64,000 bases of DNA from Campylobacterales bacterium (GTDB taxonomy: Bacteria; Campylobacterota; Campylobacteria; Campylobacterales; Arcobacteraceae). The stretch spans positions 4,658 to 68,657 of the forward strand of contig JAGYNS010000001.1 of assembly GCA_018399655.1 (NCBI GenBank), read 5' to 3'. Position 1 is the first letter of the stretch; each line of letters opens with the position of its first letter. Under the pieces are notes generated by a model. That model saw only the letters and a list, made by a program, of their open reading frames with translations, made no database searches and was not told where the DNA came from. Positions 1 to 9,866 of the stretch are shown here, one piece after another. Made by a program: the position numbers and the translations under genes.

Positions 1-181
1 CAGCAAAATAAACGCTATCGTATTTTTCACTCAATGCTACCGCTTTTGGAAAATCTTTTGGATCAGCTCCTGGGATAATAAAAGACTCTACACCATTTTT
101 TATGGCTCTTTGTATCACCTCATCAACATCTTCTTCTAGCTGAAGGTGATCAAGGTGACAATGGGTATCAACAATAGACAT
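1..181 (-). CDS. TatD family hydrolase (N-terminal part; runs off window)
   Basis: Manual translation from ATG at 181: MSIVDTHCHLD...ESFIIPGADPKD...YDSVYFA; DTHCHL is the TatD motif. Confidence 0.9.
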   Translation of the reverse strand, partial: MSIVDTHCHLDHLQLEEDVDEVIQRAIKNGVESFIIPGADPKDFPKAVALSEKYDSVYFA

Positions 182-487
182 CTAGCTCTCTATTCGCCCT
201 TTGATCTCATCTAAAAGTTCACCTAGCTTGGATATATCATCCCGCTTGATCCATGCTGTGATACCAAAATTTTTAAAGGCATCATAATCACTAGGATCAT
301 CTATAATAGCTACAGAGGTAAACTTATCTTTGCAGATATCATGCTTTTTCTCTTCATAATCAAAGATACTATTAATATCTAAAATAACTACATCTGCATC
401 ACCTTCACATCCACTATGGATGAAACAAATATCATACCCTTGCGCTTCAACATCCTCAAAACTTGCTATTTTCATAATTGACTCCAC
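182..487 (-). CDS. Hypothetical protein, degenerate receiver (CheY-like) fold
   Basis: 101-aa ORF with ADVVILD and FGITAWIK segments resembling receiver beta3/beta5; abuts tatD start. Confidence 0.6.
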   Translation of the reverse strand: MESIMKIASFEDVEAQGYDICFIHSGCEGDADVVILDINSIFDYEEKKHDICKDKFTSVAIIDDPSDYDAFKNFGITAWIKRDDISKLGELLDEIKGRIES

Positions 488-535
488 TTTTATCTTAGAA
501 AAATTGTAACTAAACCAATCTTATTTCATTATAAA

Positions 536-801
536 GGGCACCTCTAAAAATAGATATTATTCATAGAAGAGGAAAATAAAATTGAGATTTTATCACAAAA
601 ATTTTCCAAGCTACCCTTAGGTAACTTTGAAAATTTTTTGGTGAAAGATCTTTTTAGTTTCCCTTCCCTTTGGGCTTTATATACTTATAGATATACTTCG
701 TTATATCGTTTCGTATTACCTACGGGTAGGACTTCAACTCATCGCCTTGTATATCTATAAGTATACAAAAGCTATGAACATATATATTTTTAGAGGTGCC
801 C
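536..801. mobile_element. MITE-like element with terminal inverted repeats and two internal hairpins
   Basis: Perfect 17-bp TIR GGGCACCTCTAAAAATA (536-552 / 785-801), imperfectly extendable to about 30 bp; internal inverted repeats at 593-644 and 680-696/749-765; no transposase ORF. Confidence 0.8.
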
Positions 802-805
802 GAAA

Positions 806-2134
806 TTATAAAATATATCTGGCACTATCTTCATTGGTGGCGATATCTTTTAATTTTTTCTCCACTAACTCTTTTGTGACCACAATGGTCTCTCCTGAGT
901 GTTCATCAGCATTGAAACTGATCTCATCTAACACTTTTTCGATTACAGTATGTAATCTTCTTGCTCCTATATCTTCTGCTTTTTCATTGGCACTGACACT
1001 TAAATTTGCAAAAGCTCTTACCGCTTCATCTTCAAACTCTAAAGTAACTCCTTCAACACCCAAAAGTGCTTCATATTGACGCAATAAAGAGTTTTTTGTA
1101 TTGGTAAGTATCTTATAAAGTGCATCCTCATCTAGTGGATCAAGTTCTACTCGAAGAGGAAACCTCCCTTGAAGTTCTGGTAAAAGATCACTAGGCTTGC
1201 TTACATGAAACGCACCTGCGGCTATAAATAGAACATGGTCTGTTTTTACTTGACCATATTTTGTATGGACTGAACTCCCCTCAACTATTGGAAGAAGATC
1301 TCTTTGAACCCCCTCTTTTGAAGGATCAGAGTTTTTGTTATTTGATCCTGTTGCAATTTTATCAATCTCATCTAAAAATATTATTCCACCATTTTCACAT
1401 CGATTGATCGCTTCATTTTGTAAAGCTTCTTTATCCAAAATAGTATCACTAGCAATATTTCGCAATAATTTTTTTGCTTCTTTGATCGTAACCTCTTTTT
1501 GAATCTTCTCTTTCCCCATTTTCCCTAACATATTGTTGATACTATCACTAATAGCACTCATATCCATAGGAAGATTGCTATCAACTATCTCTACATGGGT
1601 TTTTTTAGGAAGCTCTATAGTTATTTTTTTATCATCTATTTCACCACTTACCACTTTTTTTTCCATCATATTGTAGGTTTTAATAAATGACTCTTTTGCA
1701 TTTTCGCTTGCAGATTCTGGAAGTGGTGGTACAAGTATCTCTACAATCTTTCTTGTTACTTCATCATCGATTGGCTTTTGCATATTTTGCTCATACTCTT
1801 TTGTAACTAAATTATAAGATTCATGGGCTAGATCTTTTACCATAGACTCCACTTCACGCCCCACATACCCAACTTCAGTATATTTACTCGCTTCCACTTT
1901 AATAAATGGAAGATTCATCATCTTTGCCATTCTTCTTGCAATCTCCGTTTTACCAACCCCAGTGCTACCTATCATTAGAATATTTTTTGGCATAATCTCT
2001 TCTTGAAGTTCTTGGCTCAACTGCATTCTTCTATATCTATTTCGCAAAGCTATTGCTATTGTTTTTTTTGCTTCTTGTTGCCCTATAATATAGTCATCAA
2101 GGTATTTAACTATCTGTTTTGGAGTCATATCCAT
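806..2134 (-). CDS. hslU: ATP-dependent protease ATPase subunit HslU
   Basis: IIGQQEAKK, PKNILMIGSTGVGKTEIARR, GVQRDLLP, ELQGRFP, IGARRLH. Confidence 0.98.
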   Translation of the reverse strand: MDMTPKQIVKYLDDYIIGQQEAKKTIAIALRNRYRRMQLSQELQEEIMPKNILMIGSTGVGKTEIARRMAKMMNLPFIKVEASKYTEVGYVGREVESMVKDLAHESYNLVTKEYEQNMQKPIDDEVTRKIVEILVPPLPESASENAKESFIKTYNMMEKKVVSGEIDDKKITIELPKKTHVEIVDSNLPMDMSAISDSINNMLGKMGKEKIQKEVTIKEAKKLLRNIASDTILDKEALQNEAINRCENGGIIFLDEIDKIATGSNNKNSDPSKEGVQRDLLPIVEGSSVHTKYGQVKTDHVLFIAAGAFHVSKPSDLLPELQGRFPLRVELDPLDEDALYKILTNTKNSLLRQYEALLGVEGVTLEFEDEAVRAFANLSVSANEKAEDIGARRLHTVIEKVLDEISFNADEHSGETIVVTKELVEKKLKDIATNEDSARYIL

Positions 2135-2682
2135 TACTTACTTTCCTTATCTAATGTTAATATTTTAATATTTTGATTTGTATAGATGCAAAGCTCCCCT
2201 GCAACCATTAAAGATTCTTTTACAAGCTCTTGAGGAGCCAATGAAGAGTGCTTTTTTAAGCTTCTTGCTGCGGCAATTGCATAGTTTCCACCACTTCCAA
2301 TTGAAGCTAAACATCCATCTTCAGGCTCTACAACATCCCCTGTTCCACTTAAGATAAATATATGATTTTCATTTAATACAAGCATCATCGCTTCAAGTCG
2401 ACGAAGCATTTTATCTTTTCGCCACTCTTTAGAAAAATTGATCACTGCTTTTAAAAGATCCCCTTTTGTGGTCTCTAAATGATTTTCAAACATATCAAAA
2501 AGATTAAATGCATCCGCTGTACTTCCTGCAAACCCTGCTAAAACTTTACCATTATACAAAGTTCTTATTTTTGTAGCATTGTTTTTTAAAACTGTATCAC
2601 CAAAGGTAACTTGCCCATCTCCACCAATGACAGCACTTCCATCTTCACTTTTATATGCAAGTATCGTTGTTGCTTCAAACAT
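2134..2682 (-). CDS. hslV: ATP-dependent protease peptidase subunit HslV
   Basis: ATTIL N-terminus, [29 protein letters not shown]. Confidence 0.98.
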   Translation of the reverse strand: MFEATTILAYKSEDGSAVIGGDGQVTFGDTVLKNNATKIRTLYNGKVLAGFAGSTADAFNLFDMFENHLETTKGDLLKAVINFSKEWRKDKMLRRLEAMMLVLNENHIFILSGTGDVVEPEDGCLASIGSGGNYAIAAARSLKKHSSLAPQELVKESLMVAGELCIYTNQNIKILTLDKESK

Positions 2683-3131
2683 TATTGTTCCTCTATCACA
2701 TCAATTGTAGCCATTGCATGAATTCCGTGCCCTAGTTTACAATCAGCTTTATATATCCCAATTGTTTTTATTTTATCTTCAAGAGAGATTTGCTTTTTAT
2801 CAATCTCAATATCCGCTTGCTCTTTCATTGCAATTTGAATCTCTTTATTTGTAACACTCCCTATTAAGTGTCCATTTGCTCCAACTTTATGCTTAATGGT
2901 AAATTTAAAACTATCTATTTTCTCTTTTGTTTTATTTGCTTCTTCTATTTGTGATGCTTCTTGGGCTTTTATTTTCTCTTGCTCTTTTTCCCATTGCTCC
3001 ATAACTTCTGGCGTGGCATGTTTTGCAAACCCCTTTGCGATCAAAAAATTCTTTCCATACCCATCTTTAACCTCTTTGACCTCTCCTACTTTTCCCAAAG
3101 ATTTTACATCTTTTATTAATAATACTTTCAT
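2682..3131 (-). CDS. rplI: 50S ribosomal protein L9
   Basis: [31 protein letters not shown]. Confidence 0.98.
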   Translation of the reverse strand: MKVLLIKDVKSLGKVGEVKEVKDGYGKNFLIAKGFAKHATPEVMEQWEKEQEKIKAQEASQIEEANKTKEKIDSFKFTIKHKVGANGHLIGSVTNKEIQIAMKEQADIEIDKKQISLEDKIKTIGIYKADCKLGHGIHAMATIDVIEEQ

Positions 3132-3212
3132 TATTCTATCCTCATATTAAAATTATTTGTTTCTATTTAAAAGGGGCTGATTATATCATATTGAACTTTA
3201 GTAATCCTCTAA

Positions 3213-3995
3213 TCACCCAACTAACTTTTGGAGTAAATTTTTCACCTGTTTTTCCCCAATTGGTTTTTTCAACCACGCTTTTGCATCCACTTGCTTCGCT
3301 ATTTGTTTTGTCTTCATATCTAATATATCCACTAACACGACTAGTGGAATATGATCATATAAAATATCATTTTTAAAGTTTTTTAAAAAATCTACACACT
3401 TATCACAAGAGGAGGTGATATCTGAAAATACGATATCGATCTGCTTCTCATGAAGTTTTTTAAGAGCGTCAACTCCATTGTCTGTTATATATACATCATA
3501 CTGTAGATCATGTGCTATTTTTTTGATCATATATCGATTGATACTTGAACTTTCCACAACAAGGAGGGTTTTTTTAGTAAGAAGCTCAGGTTCATTTAAA
3601 ATCTTTTCAAACTGATTTTCTAAATAGATTGCAAGATCTTGCAAACTATTATCATCATAAATCCCCTGTGCAGTGTTATCAATAGATGTTTTTAAAAACT
3701 CTTCAAGTTCAAAATAAAGTGATACGAAGGTATCATTGACTTTAATTTTGCCACCTCTTACCTCTTGAAGAAGATCTTCAGCTTTGTGAGTGATATTCAC
3801 AACATCAAACATCCCTAAAAGATCAGAGGAACTTTTAATAGTATGGATATCTCGAAACATCTCATGAACAGCTTCATGATTACTAAAGTCTGCTTGTAGA
3901 TCAACTAAAGCATTATGTAAACTTGTAAGTTTATTTGAAAACTCATCATAAAAAATATTTTGTTCTATTTCCATTACAATACCATTATTTACCAT
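3213..3995 (-). CDS. Hpt (CheA P1-like) + receiver domain protein
   Basis: FRDIHTIKSSS and ITHKAEDLL (P1/Hpt); LLVVES...DIVFSD...WLKKP (receiver). Confidence 0.85.
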   Translation of the reverse strand: MVNNGIVMEIEQNIFYDEFSNKLTSLHNALVDLQADFSNHEAVHEMFRDIHTIKSSSDLLGMFDVVNITHKAEDLLQEVRGGKIKVNDTFVSLYFELEEFLKTSIDNTAQGIYDDNSLQDLAIYLENQFEKILNEPELLTKKTLLVVESSSINRYMIKKIAHDLQYDVYITDNGVDALKKLHEKQIDIVFSDITSSCDKCVDFLKNFKNDILYDHIPLVVLVDILDMKTKQIAKQVDAKAWLKKPIGEKQVKNLLQKLVG

Positions 3996-4039
3996 TTATT
4001 AACTGTTTCAACGCTATTATACACAAAAAGGATTAAAAA

Positions 4040-4246
4040 ATGAAAATGATAGATACAATAAATGAACGGTTAAAAGAACTTCAAGGTGAAGTTGAAGAAA
4101 TAGTAGCGAATCAAAGCCTTAACCTTACTCAAAAAAATACTAAAATGCAACCACTTGTGGAGGAGAAAAAAGTGCTTGAACATACACTGGTGTATCTTGA
4201 GAAAATTAAAAACACCAATTATGAAGGATATTGCTCTAAAACTTAA
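4040..4246 (+). CDS. Hypothetical small coiled-coil protein
   Basis: 68-aa ORF with AAGGA RBS, heptad-like composition. Confidence 0.65.
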   Translation: MKMIDTINERLKELQGEVEEIVANQSLNLTQKNTKMQPLVEEKKVLEHTLVYLEKIKNTNYEGYCSKT

Positions 4247-4347
4247 AATCGTTTAAGCTTAAATAGAGTTTTCTTTTACTATAATTCGCATCCAATTTGT
4301 ACAAAATAATTTATACAATTGAAAATATACCAATCAGGAGGTCCACG

Positions 4348-4620
4348 ATGGCTTTAGATCAGGACATAAAACAAGGGATTATCTCAAAGTTTCAAAGAGA
4401 TGAGAAAGACACAGGTTCAGCAGAGGTGCAAGTAGCACTTTTAACTTCAAAAATTGGAAGATTGACAGAACATCTTAAATCAAACCATAAAGATCATCAT
4501 TCAAGATTAGGTCTTCTTAAAATGGTAGGAAAAAGAAAAAGACTATTAAACTATCTAAAAAGAACTGACCTTAAAAGATTTACACAACTTGTTGCAGATC
4601 TTGGGATCAGAGCAAAATAA
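4348..4620 (+). CDS. rpsO: 30S ribosomal protein S15
   Basis: MALDQ...DTGSAEVQVALLT...HKDHHSRLGLLKMVGKRKRLL; AGGAGG RBS before ATG 4348. Confidence 0.98.
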   Translation: MALDQDIKQGIISKFQRDEKDTGSAEVQVALLTSKIGRLTEHLKSNHKDHHSRLGLLKMVGKRKRLLNYLKRTDLKRFTQLVADLGIRAK

Positions 4621-4628
4621 TCTTCTCT

Positions 4629-4655
4629 CAAAAAGGGCAATTTTTGTCCTTTTTG
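4629..4655 (+). terminator. Intrinsic terminator after rpsO
   Basis: CAAAAAGGGCAA-ttt-TTGTCCTTTTTG hairpin directly after the stop. Confidence 0.7.
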
Positions 4656-4750
4656 CTTAAAATAACTTTACAATTTCAAATCAAATTCTTAAAACAGATC
4701 TACTTTAAAACAATCTTTATACAATACACTAAAAATTATGAGGACCACAA

Positions 4751-5197
4751 TTGTTATTAACCAAAAAAAGTGAATATGCTTTACTCTCTTTAGTAAGTAT
4801 CGCGAAAAGTGATGAGCCCAAAAATGTAGAAGTTTTAGCAAATGAACTAGGCATTTCAAAATCATTCTTAGCAAAAATACTCCAAAATCTTGCAAAACAG
4901 GGAGTTTTGAACTCTTTTAAGGGAAACAATGGAGGGTTTACTCTTAAAAAAAGTTGTGAAGATCTTACCATTTTAGAGATCACAACCATAGCTGAAGAAA
5001 AAATACCCTCTGTTTTTGAGTGTACCTCCTCTGAAGGAACCTGCTCCTCTAGCTTTAATGGTGCTTGTTCAGTTTTTCCTCTTCTATCGAACCTTCAAAC
5101 TAAAATCAATGGCTTTTTAGACAATCTAACCCTCAAAGATATTATGGGAACTTCTAAAAATTCATTAATTTTTAATTATAATTTTTATACAAAATAA
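4751..5197 (+). CDS. Rrf2 family transcriptional regulator
   Basis: LTKKSEYAL, ISKSFLAKILQNL, SFKGNNGGF, three Cys (C-x6-C-x7-C). Confidence 0.93.
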   Translation: MLLTKKSEYALLSLVSIAKSDEPKNVEVLANELGISKSFLAKILQNLAKQGVLNSFKGNNGGFTLKKSCEDLTILEITTIAEEKIPSVFECTSSEGTCSSSFNGACSVFPLLSNLQTKINGFLDNLTLKDIMGTSKNSLIFNYNFYTK

Positions 5198-5213
5198 CAA
5201 AGGTTTAAAACTT

Positions 5214-6265
5214 ATGAATTTTTTCACATCTCCCATACTGATATGGATGGATATACTTGCCAACTTATCTCTAAAAAAATTTTTCCTGATGGTTTTTTTA
5301 TCAATGCAAACTATGGACTTGAAGTAAAACTTTATGTCAATGAAGTACTCAATCAAATTGAAAAATGTGATAAAGATCAACCTATTCTTTTTTTAATCAC
5401 TGATTTAAATCTCACCCCTGATGAATCAAAAAACCTCAACAATGAGATCAATAGACTCAAAGAGGATGGGTACCATATTACACTGCAACTTTTAGATCAT
5501 CACGCTACAGGAAGTAAAAGTGCCAAGCGATACGACTGGTATTTTTTAGATACCTCACGAAGTGCTACAAAGATCACTTATGAATATTTTATAGAACATT
5601 ATGCAAAAGATTTTTTAGACAAGTGTGAAACAAACTTTGGAAAACTGATTCAAGCGGTCAATGCAGCTGATATTTGGCTAGAAGATGATCCACTATTTGA
5701 GTTTGGGAAAGTGTGTATGAGTATGATTACAAAATCCAGAGAAGTCAATGATACTATTTTTCCAGATGATCATAGAAGATACAAGCACTTCTTACTTGTG
5801 TCTGCGTTGCAGTATATCAACAAACCTGATGGGCATATAGCTCTTGATGAACAGATCTATTTTCATAAAAAAGAGTTTTTAAACCAACACAATACAAATA
5901 ACACTTTAGATAACCTCACCTCTAACTACTTAGTCAAACTTTTAGATACAAAAAAAGAGGATCTTACAGTATACTACAAAGAGCACAAAGGACTTCTTAC
6001 TTACGCATTAGGAAATATATCAATCTCTGCCAATGGATTTTTAAAAGCCAATCCTGATTATCACTTTTTTATGGATATTGGGAAGCGAGGACGGGTAGGC
6101 TTTCGAGCAGCCAATAAGCTAGATGTATCTATTTTAGCACAGAAATTAGCTAGTGGTGGGGGTCATCCCAATGCAAGTGGAGCTAGTTTTGATGATTTTA
6201 AAGAGACCCCTTTGTATGAAGAGGTCAAATCTTATGTTCAAAACAAACTGGATGAGTGTGAATAG
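5214..6265 (+). CDS. DHH family phosphoesterase (1-nt frameshift near start as assembled)
   Basis: SHTDMDG, LITDL, LLDHH and GGGHPNASG motifs; ATG at 5214 is one base out of frame across a T run. Confidence 0.9.
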
Positions 6266-6267
6266 CG

Positions 6268-7011
6268 ATGAAATTTATAGCAAAATCTGAATCATCAAAA
6301 AAACTTTTAAGCATCGCTCAAACCTCTAGCACACTTCCTGTTAATATTCTTATTATTGGGGAAAGAGGGGTTGGAAAAACTATTTTAGCTCAAACAATTC
6401 TCCCTGATGCGATCACTTTTGATGCAAAAAAACTAGAAACAGCAATATTAAATAAAAGTGCTGATTTAGAGCAATATAGTGAACTCATTGTTACTAATAT
6501 TGATAAAGTTCTCAATAAAGTGGAGTTTTTAGAAAAACTAGCTCATCTTAAAATTGTCGCGACTTCCACTTTTATCCCTGTAGAGATTGAAGTGCAGTTT
6601 GCTATAAAAATAGATATTCCACCACTTAAAGATCGAAAAGAGGATTTAGAGCAACTTACCAAACTTTATGTGAATGAAGCCAATAAAATATATGAAACAG
6701 AAGTAACACCTAGTAGTGTGAAAATTGATCTATCTGAAAATGGGATATCTTTAAAACGGTCTATTTTTAAAAATACTTTTCTTCAATCGATGAGTGATCA
6801 AGATATGAATACAGCTCTTCAAGAGTTTATAACAAAAAAGTTTCAAAATTCTTTAGGGTATAAAGAGCTTTTAGGATACTTTGAAACCCCTTTGCTTCAA
6901 GCAGCAAAAAAAAAGTATAAATCCCAACTCCAAATGGCAAATAAACTGCAACTCAATAGGATCACTCTACGAAAAAAACTTGATCTTTACAATATTGAAC
7001 AGGAGGTTTAG
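6268..7011 (+). CDS. Truncated NtrC-like AAA+/Fis-HTH transcriptional regulator
   Basis: Walker A GERGVGKT, IDIPPLKDRKEDL, C-terminal SQLQMANKLQLNRITLRKKL; no receiver domain, no GAFTGA. Confidence 0.85.
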   Translation: MKFIAKSESSKKLLSIAQTSSTLPVNILIIGERGVGKTILAQTILPDAITFDAKKLETAILNKSADLEQYSELIVTNIDKVLNKVEFLEKLAHLKIVATSTFIPVEIEVQFAIKIDIPPLKDRKEDLEQLTKLYVNEANKIYETEVTPSSVKIDLSENGISLKRSIFKNTFLQSMSDQDMNTALQEFITKKFQNSLGYKELLGYFETPLLQAAKKKYKSQLQMANKLQLNRITLRKKLDLYNIEQEV

Positions 7012-7710
7012 ATGAAAGATTTTTACGAACAACTTATAGAACACGACCTCAACCCCTATTTACTTTTTGATTCTAATGGAAAAGTGATAAGCTACAATAA
7101 AGAAGCAGAGTTTTTACTCAACTTTGTAACCGTAAAAGAGCTTTTTGAACTAGCAGTTTCAAATGCTAGTTTGAATTTTGGTTTTCAACATAAATATATA
7201 GCACTCAAATACAACAAACAATCTTACTATGCTATACTTGTAGGATATTTAAGTGATGAAGAGATCGCTCTTAGACTGTATAAAGTGGTTTCAAATCATA
7301 CCAATGTTATTAATAATGAAAAACTCAAGCTTGTTAATATCTTTAGTCTTATAGATCTTTCTAAAAATAGTACCTTATTAAATTCCAGCCTAAAAATTAA
7401 AGAGTTGTACGATATCTCAATACCTGAACTAAAACTCAATATCAATGATTTTCTCTTGTGCTTAAATGAGTGTTTTCATATCTTTTATGATCACAAACAA
7501 ATAAGCTTGCAAGTGCAGATAAAAACAGGTGAGTATGAGATAATCAATGAGAAAAAATGTAAAATCATCGCTTTAGAGTTTCACGCTAAAAGCCCCGTAC
7601 CCCTTACAAAAGAGCTTGAACTTAATTTAGAAAAGAAAGCGAAAAACGCCAATGCCAATCTCTTTTTAGAAACAAAAAGTATCAAACTAGAGCTTCCTAT
7701 GCTCCTTTAA
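7012..7710 (+). CDS. PAS-like domain protein (degenerate NtrB-like)
   Basis: N-terminal LLFDSNGKVISYNKEAEFLL PAS signature; no H-box or G-boxes visible. Confidence 0.6.
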   Translation: MKDFYEQLIEHDLNPYLLFDSNGKVISYNKEAEFLLNFVTVKELFELAVSNASLNFGFQHKYIALKYNKQSYYAILVGYLSDEEIALRLYKVVSNHTNVINNEKLKLVNIFSLIDLSKNSTLLNSSLKIKELYDISIPELKLNINDFLLCLNECFHIFYDHKQISLQVQIKTGEYEIINEKKCKIIALEFHAKSPVPLTKELELNLEKKAKNANANLFLETKSIKLELPMLL

Positions 7711-7765
7711 TTGTATATTTATTACACAATTAAAGTCTCTTTTCCTTTTCATTTCTTGTTATAAT
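7705..7765 (+). promoter_or_regulatory. amtB promoter with upstream palindrome
   Basis: CTTTAATTGT-N11-ACAATTAAAG (7705-7735) and extended -10 TGtTATAAT (7757-7765). Confidence 0.55.
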
Positions 7766-7794
7766 TGCTTACTTTATTTTAAAAGGATGCGTTT

Positions 7795-8982
7795 ATGACC
7801 CCAGAGATCTCTTATATACTGGATACTTTTTTTGCACTTTTTGCATTTGTACTCATTATATTTATGGTTCCTGGCTTTGCTATGCTTGAAGCTGGGATTG
7901 TACGGACAAAAAATGTTACAACTGTTTTAATGATCAACACTATGATCTATGCTTTTGCATCACTTGGATTTATGCTTGTTGGTTACTCAATAGCATTCGG
8001 CTCTTTTGGAAGTGATAGTATGAGTGGCTGGGCTGCACTACTCTTTCAAATGGCTTTTGTAGGGAAAGTTATCAATATAATGAGTGGAGGGGTCAGTGAG
8101 CGAGCAAAAATTATTCCTCTCACATTTTTTGCAATTATTATGTCTTGTTTTTTATACCCTACAATTGTTAATTGGACTTGGGGAGATAATATGCTAGAGG
8201 GAACTTTTTTAACTCTTAGTATGTATGATCTTGCAGGAAGTACCGTGATCCACTCAACAGGTGGATGGGCACTTTTAGCCGCTATACTTATAATGGGTGC
8301 AAGAGCTGGGAGATATCCAAAAGATGGGAGTGTTCGAGTCATTCCAGCTTCAAATATTCCACTTGTAACTCTTGGAGCATTTTTACTTTGGATTGGATGG
8401 TTTGGATTCAATGGTGGAAGTGTAGGGAGTATCGCTTCAAAAGAAAATGCCGATGCAGTAGCTTTGACTATTTTAAATACAAATACCGCAGGACTTGCAG
8501 GAGCAATAATTGCAGGAGCATTAATGCTTCTTCGATATAAAAAACTAGATATCACTATGGTTCTTAATGGTGCTTTAGGTGGACTAGTAGCCATTACCGC
8601 AGGTCCAGATTTATATACTATCTATCAGCCAATAATAATCGGTGGAATTGGTGGTGCATTAGTTGTATTTGCTGTACCATTATTTGATAAACTACGAATA
8701 GATGATCCTGTAGGTGCACTTTCAGTTCATTTGGTCAATGGTATTTGGGGAACTTTAGCTGTTGGGATATTTGCCAGTAATCCCACAGAGGGGATCACTT
8801 TTTTAGGACAGCTTAAAGGGGTTGTAGTAGTTGGATTATTTGCATTTATAAGTAGTTATATAGTATTATTAGTTATCAATAAGTTTATGAATTTAAGAAC
8901 AACTCATGATGAAGAGCTAGAAGGTCTTGATGTAAATGAGTGTGGTGTGGAAGCATACCCTGAATTTAAACGAGCATTTTAA
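7795..8982 (+). CDS. amtB: Ammonium transporter
   Basis: PGFAMLEAG, DLAGSTVIHSTGGW, WIGWFGFNGGS, IDDPVGALSVH. Confidence 0.97.
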   Translation: MTPEISYILDTFFALFAFVLIIFMVPGFAMLEAGIVRTKNVTTVLMINTMIYAFASLGFMLVGYSIAFGSFGSDSMSGWAALLFQMAFVGKVINIMSGGVSERAKIIPLTFFAIIMSCFLYPTIVNWTWGDNMLEGTFLTLSMYDLAGSTVIHSTGGWALLAAILIMGARAGRYPKDGSVRVIPASNIPLVTLGAFLLWIGWFGFNGGSVGSIASKENADAVALTILNTNTAGLAGAIIAGALMLLRYKKLDITMVLNGALGGLVAITAGPDLYTIYQPIIIGGIGGALVVFAVPLFDKLRIDDPVGALSVHLVNGIWGTLAVGIFASNPTEGITFLGQLKGVVVVGLFAFISSYIVLLVINKFMNLRTTHDEELEGLDVNECGVEAYPEFKRAF

Positions 8983-8991
8983 ACAATATAA

Positions 8992-9447
<456 letters not shown>

Positions 9448-9450
<3 letters not shown>

Positions 9451-9825
9451 AAATAGTCCTCTTAATAGTTCTAGTTCAAAGTAGACCAAAACCATAAAAA
9501 GTAAAGTACTTAATAACACTATTGCTGTTACATCATAAGGTCTACAATCATAAAGTGCTGCGATATTTACATTATTAACCGCTAATGGGACAAGTAATGA
9601 GACCATCAATATCATAGAGAGCTCAGTGTCTAATCCACTCAATTGCAATACCACAACCCCTACAAGTGGAACAAAAATAAGTTTTGCAATAGTTGTAGCA
9701 ATACTCAATTTATAATTGTGGGATCGTATAGAGATTTTTGCTAAATATACCCCAAATATAATAAGCTGAATCACTATAGTAGCATATGCAGCCATCACCA
9801 ACACAAGATCAATTTGTGGATGAAT
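9448..9825 (-). pseudogene. AEC (auxin efflux carrier) family transporter, orphan 3' fragment
   Basis: IHPQ...YATIVIQLIIFG...KLIFVP...PLAVNNVNIAALYDCRP; paralogous to the 3' part of 11062-11948; no N-terminal half. Confidence 0.85.
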
Positions 9826-9866
9826 TTATATAGTAAATGGTAAAAATATATCACTAAAGAGATAAA

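Noticed and set aside
747-1079. 110-aa + strand ORF, and the many other antisense ORFs over hslU, amtB, leuA, secY and ribosomal genes
   Set aside because: Shadow frames of well-supported genes with no motifs or RBS
4297-4347. N-terminal extension of S15 from TTG 4297
   Set aside because: The strong RBS and homology place the start at ATG 4348
5214-5243. Phase variation at the T run in the DHH gene (also the stop near 37913 in the K+ channel)
   Set aside because: Short T tracts in an error-prone assembly; Campylobacterota phase variation normally involves longer poly-G/C tracts
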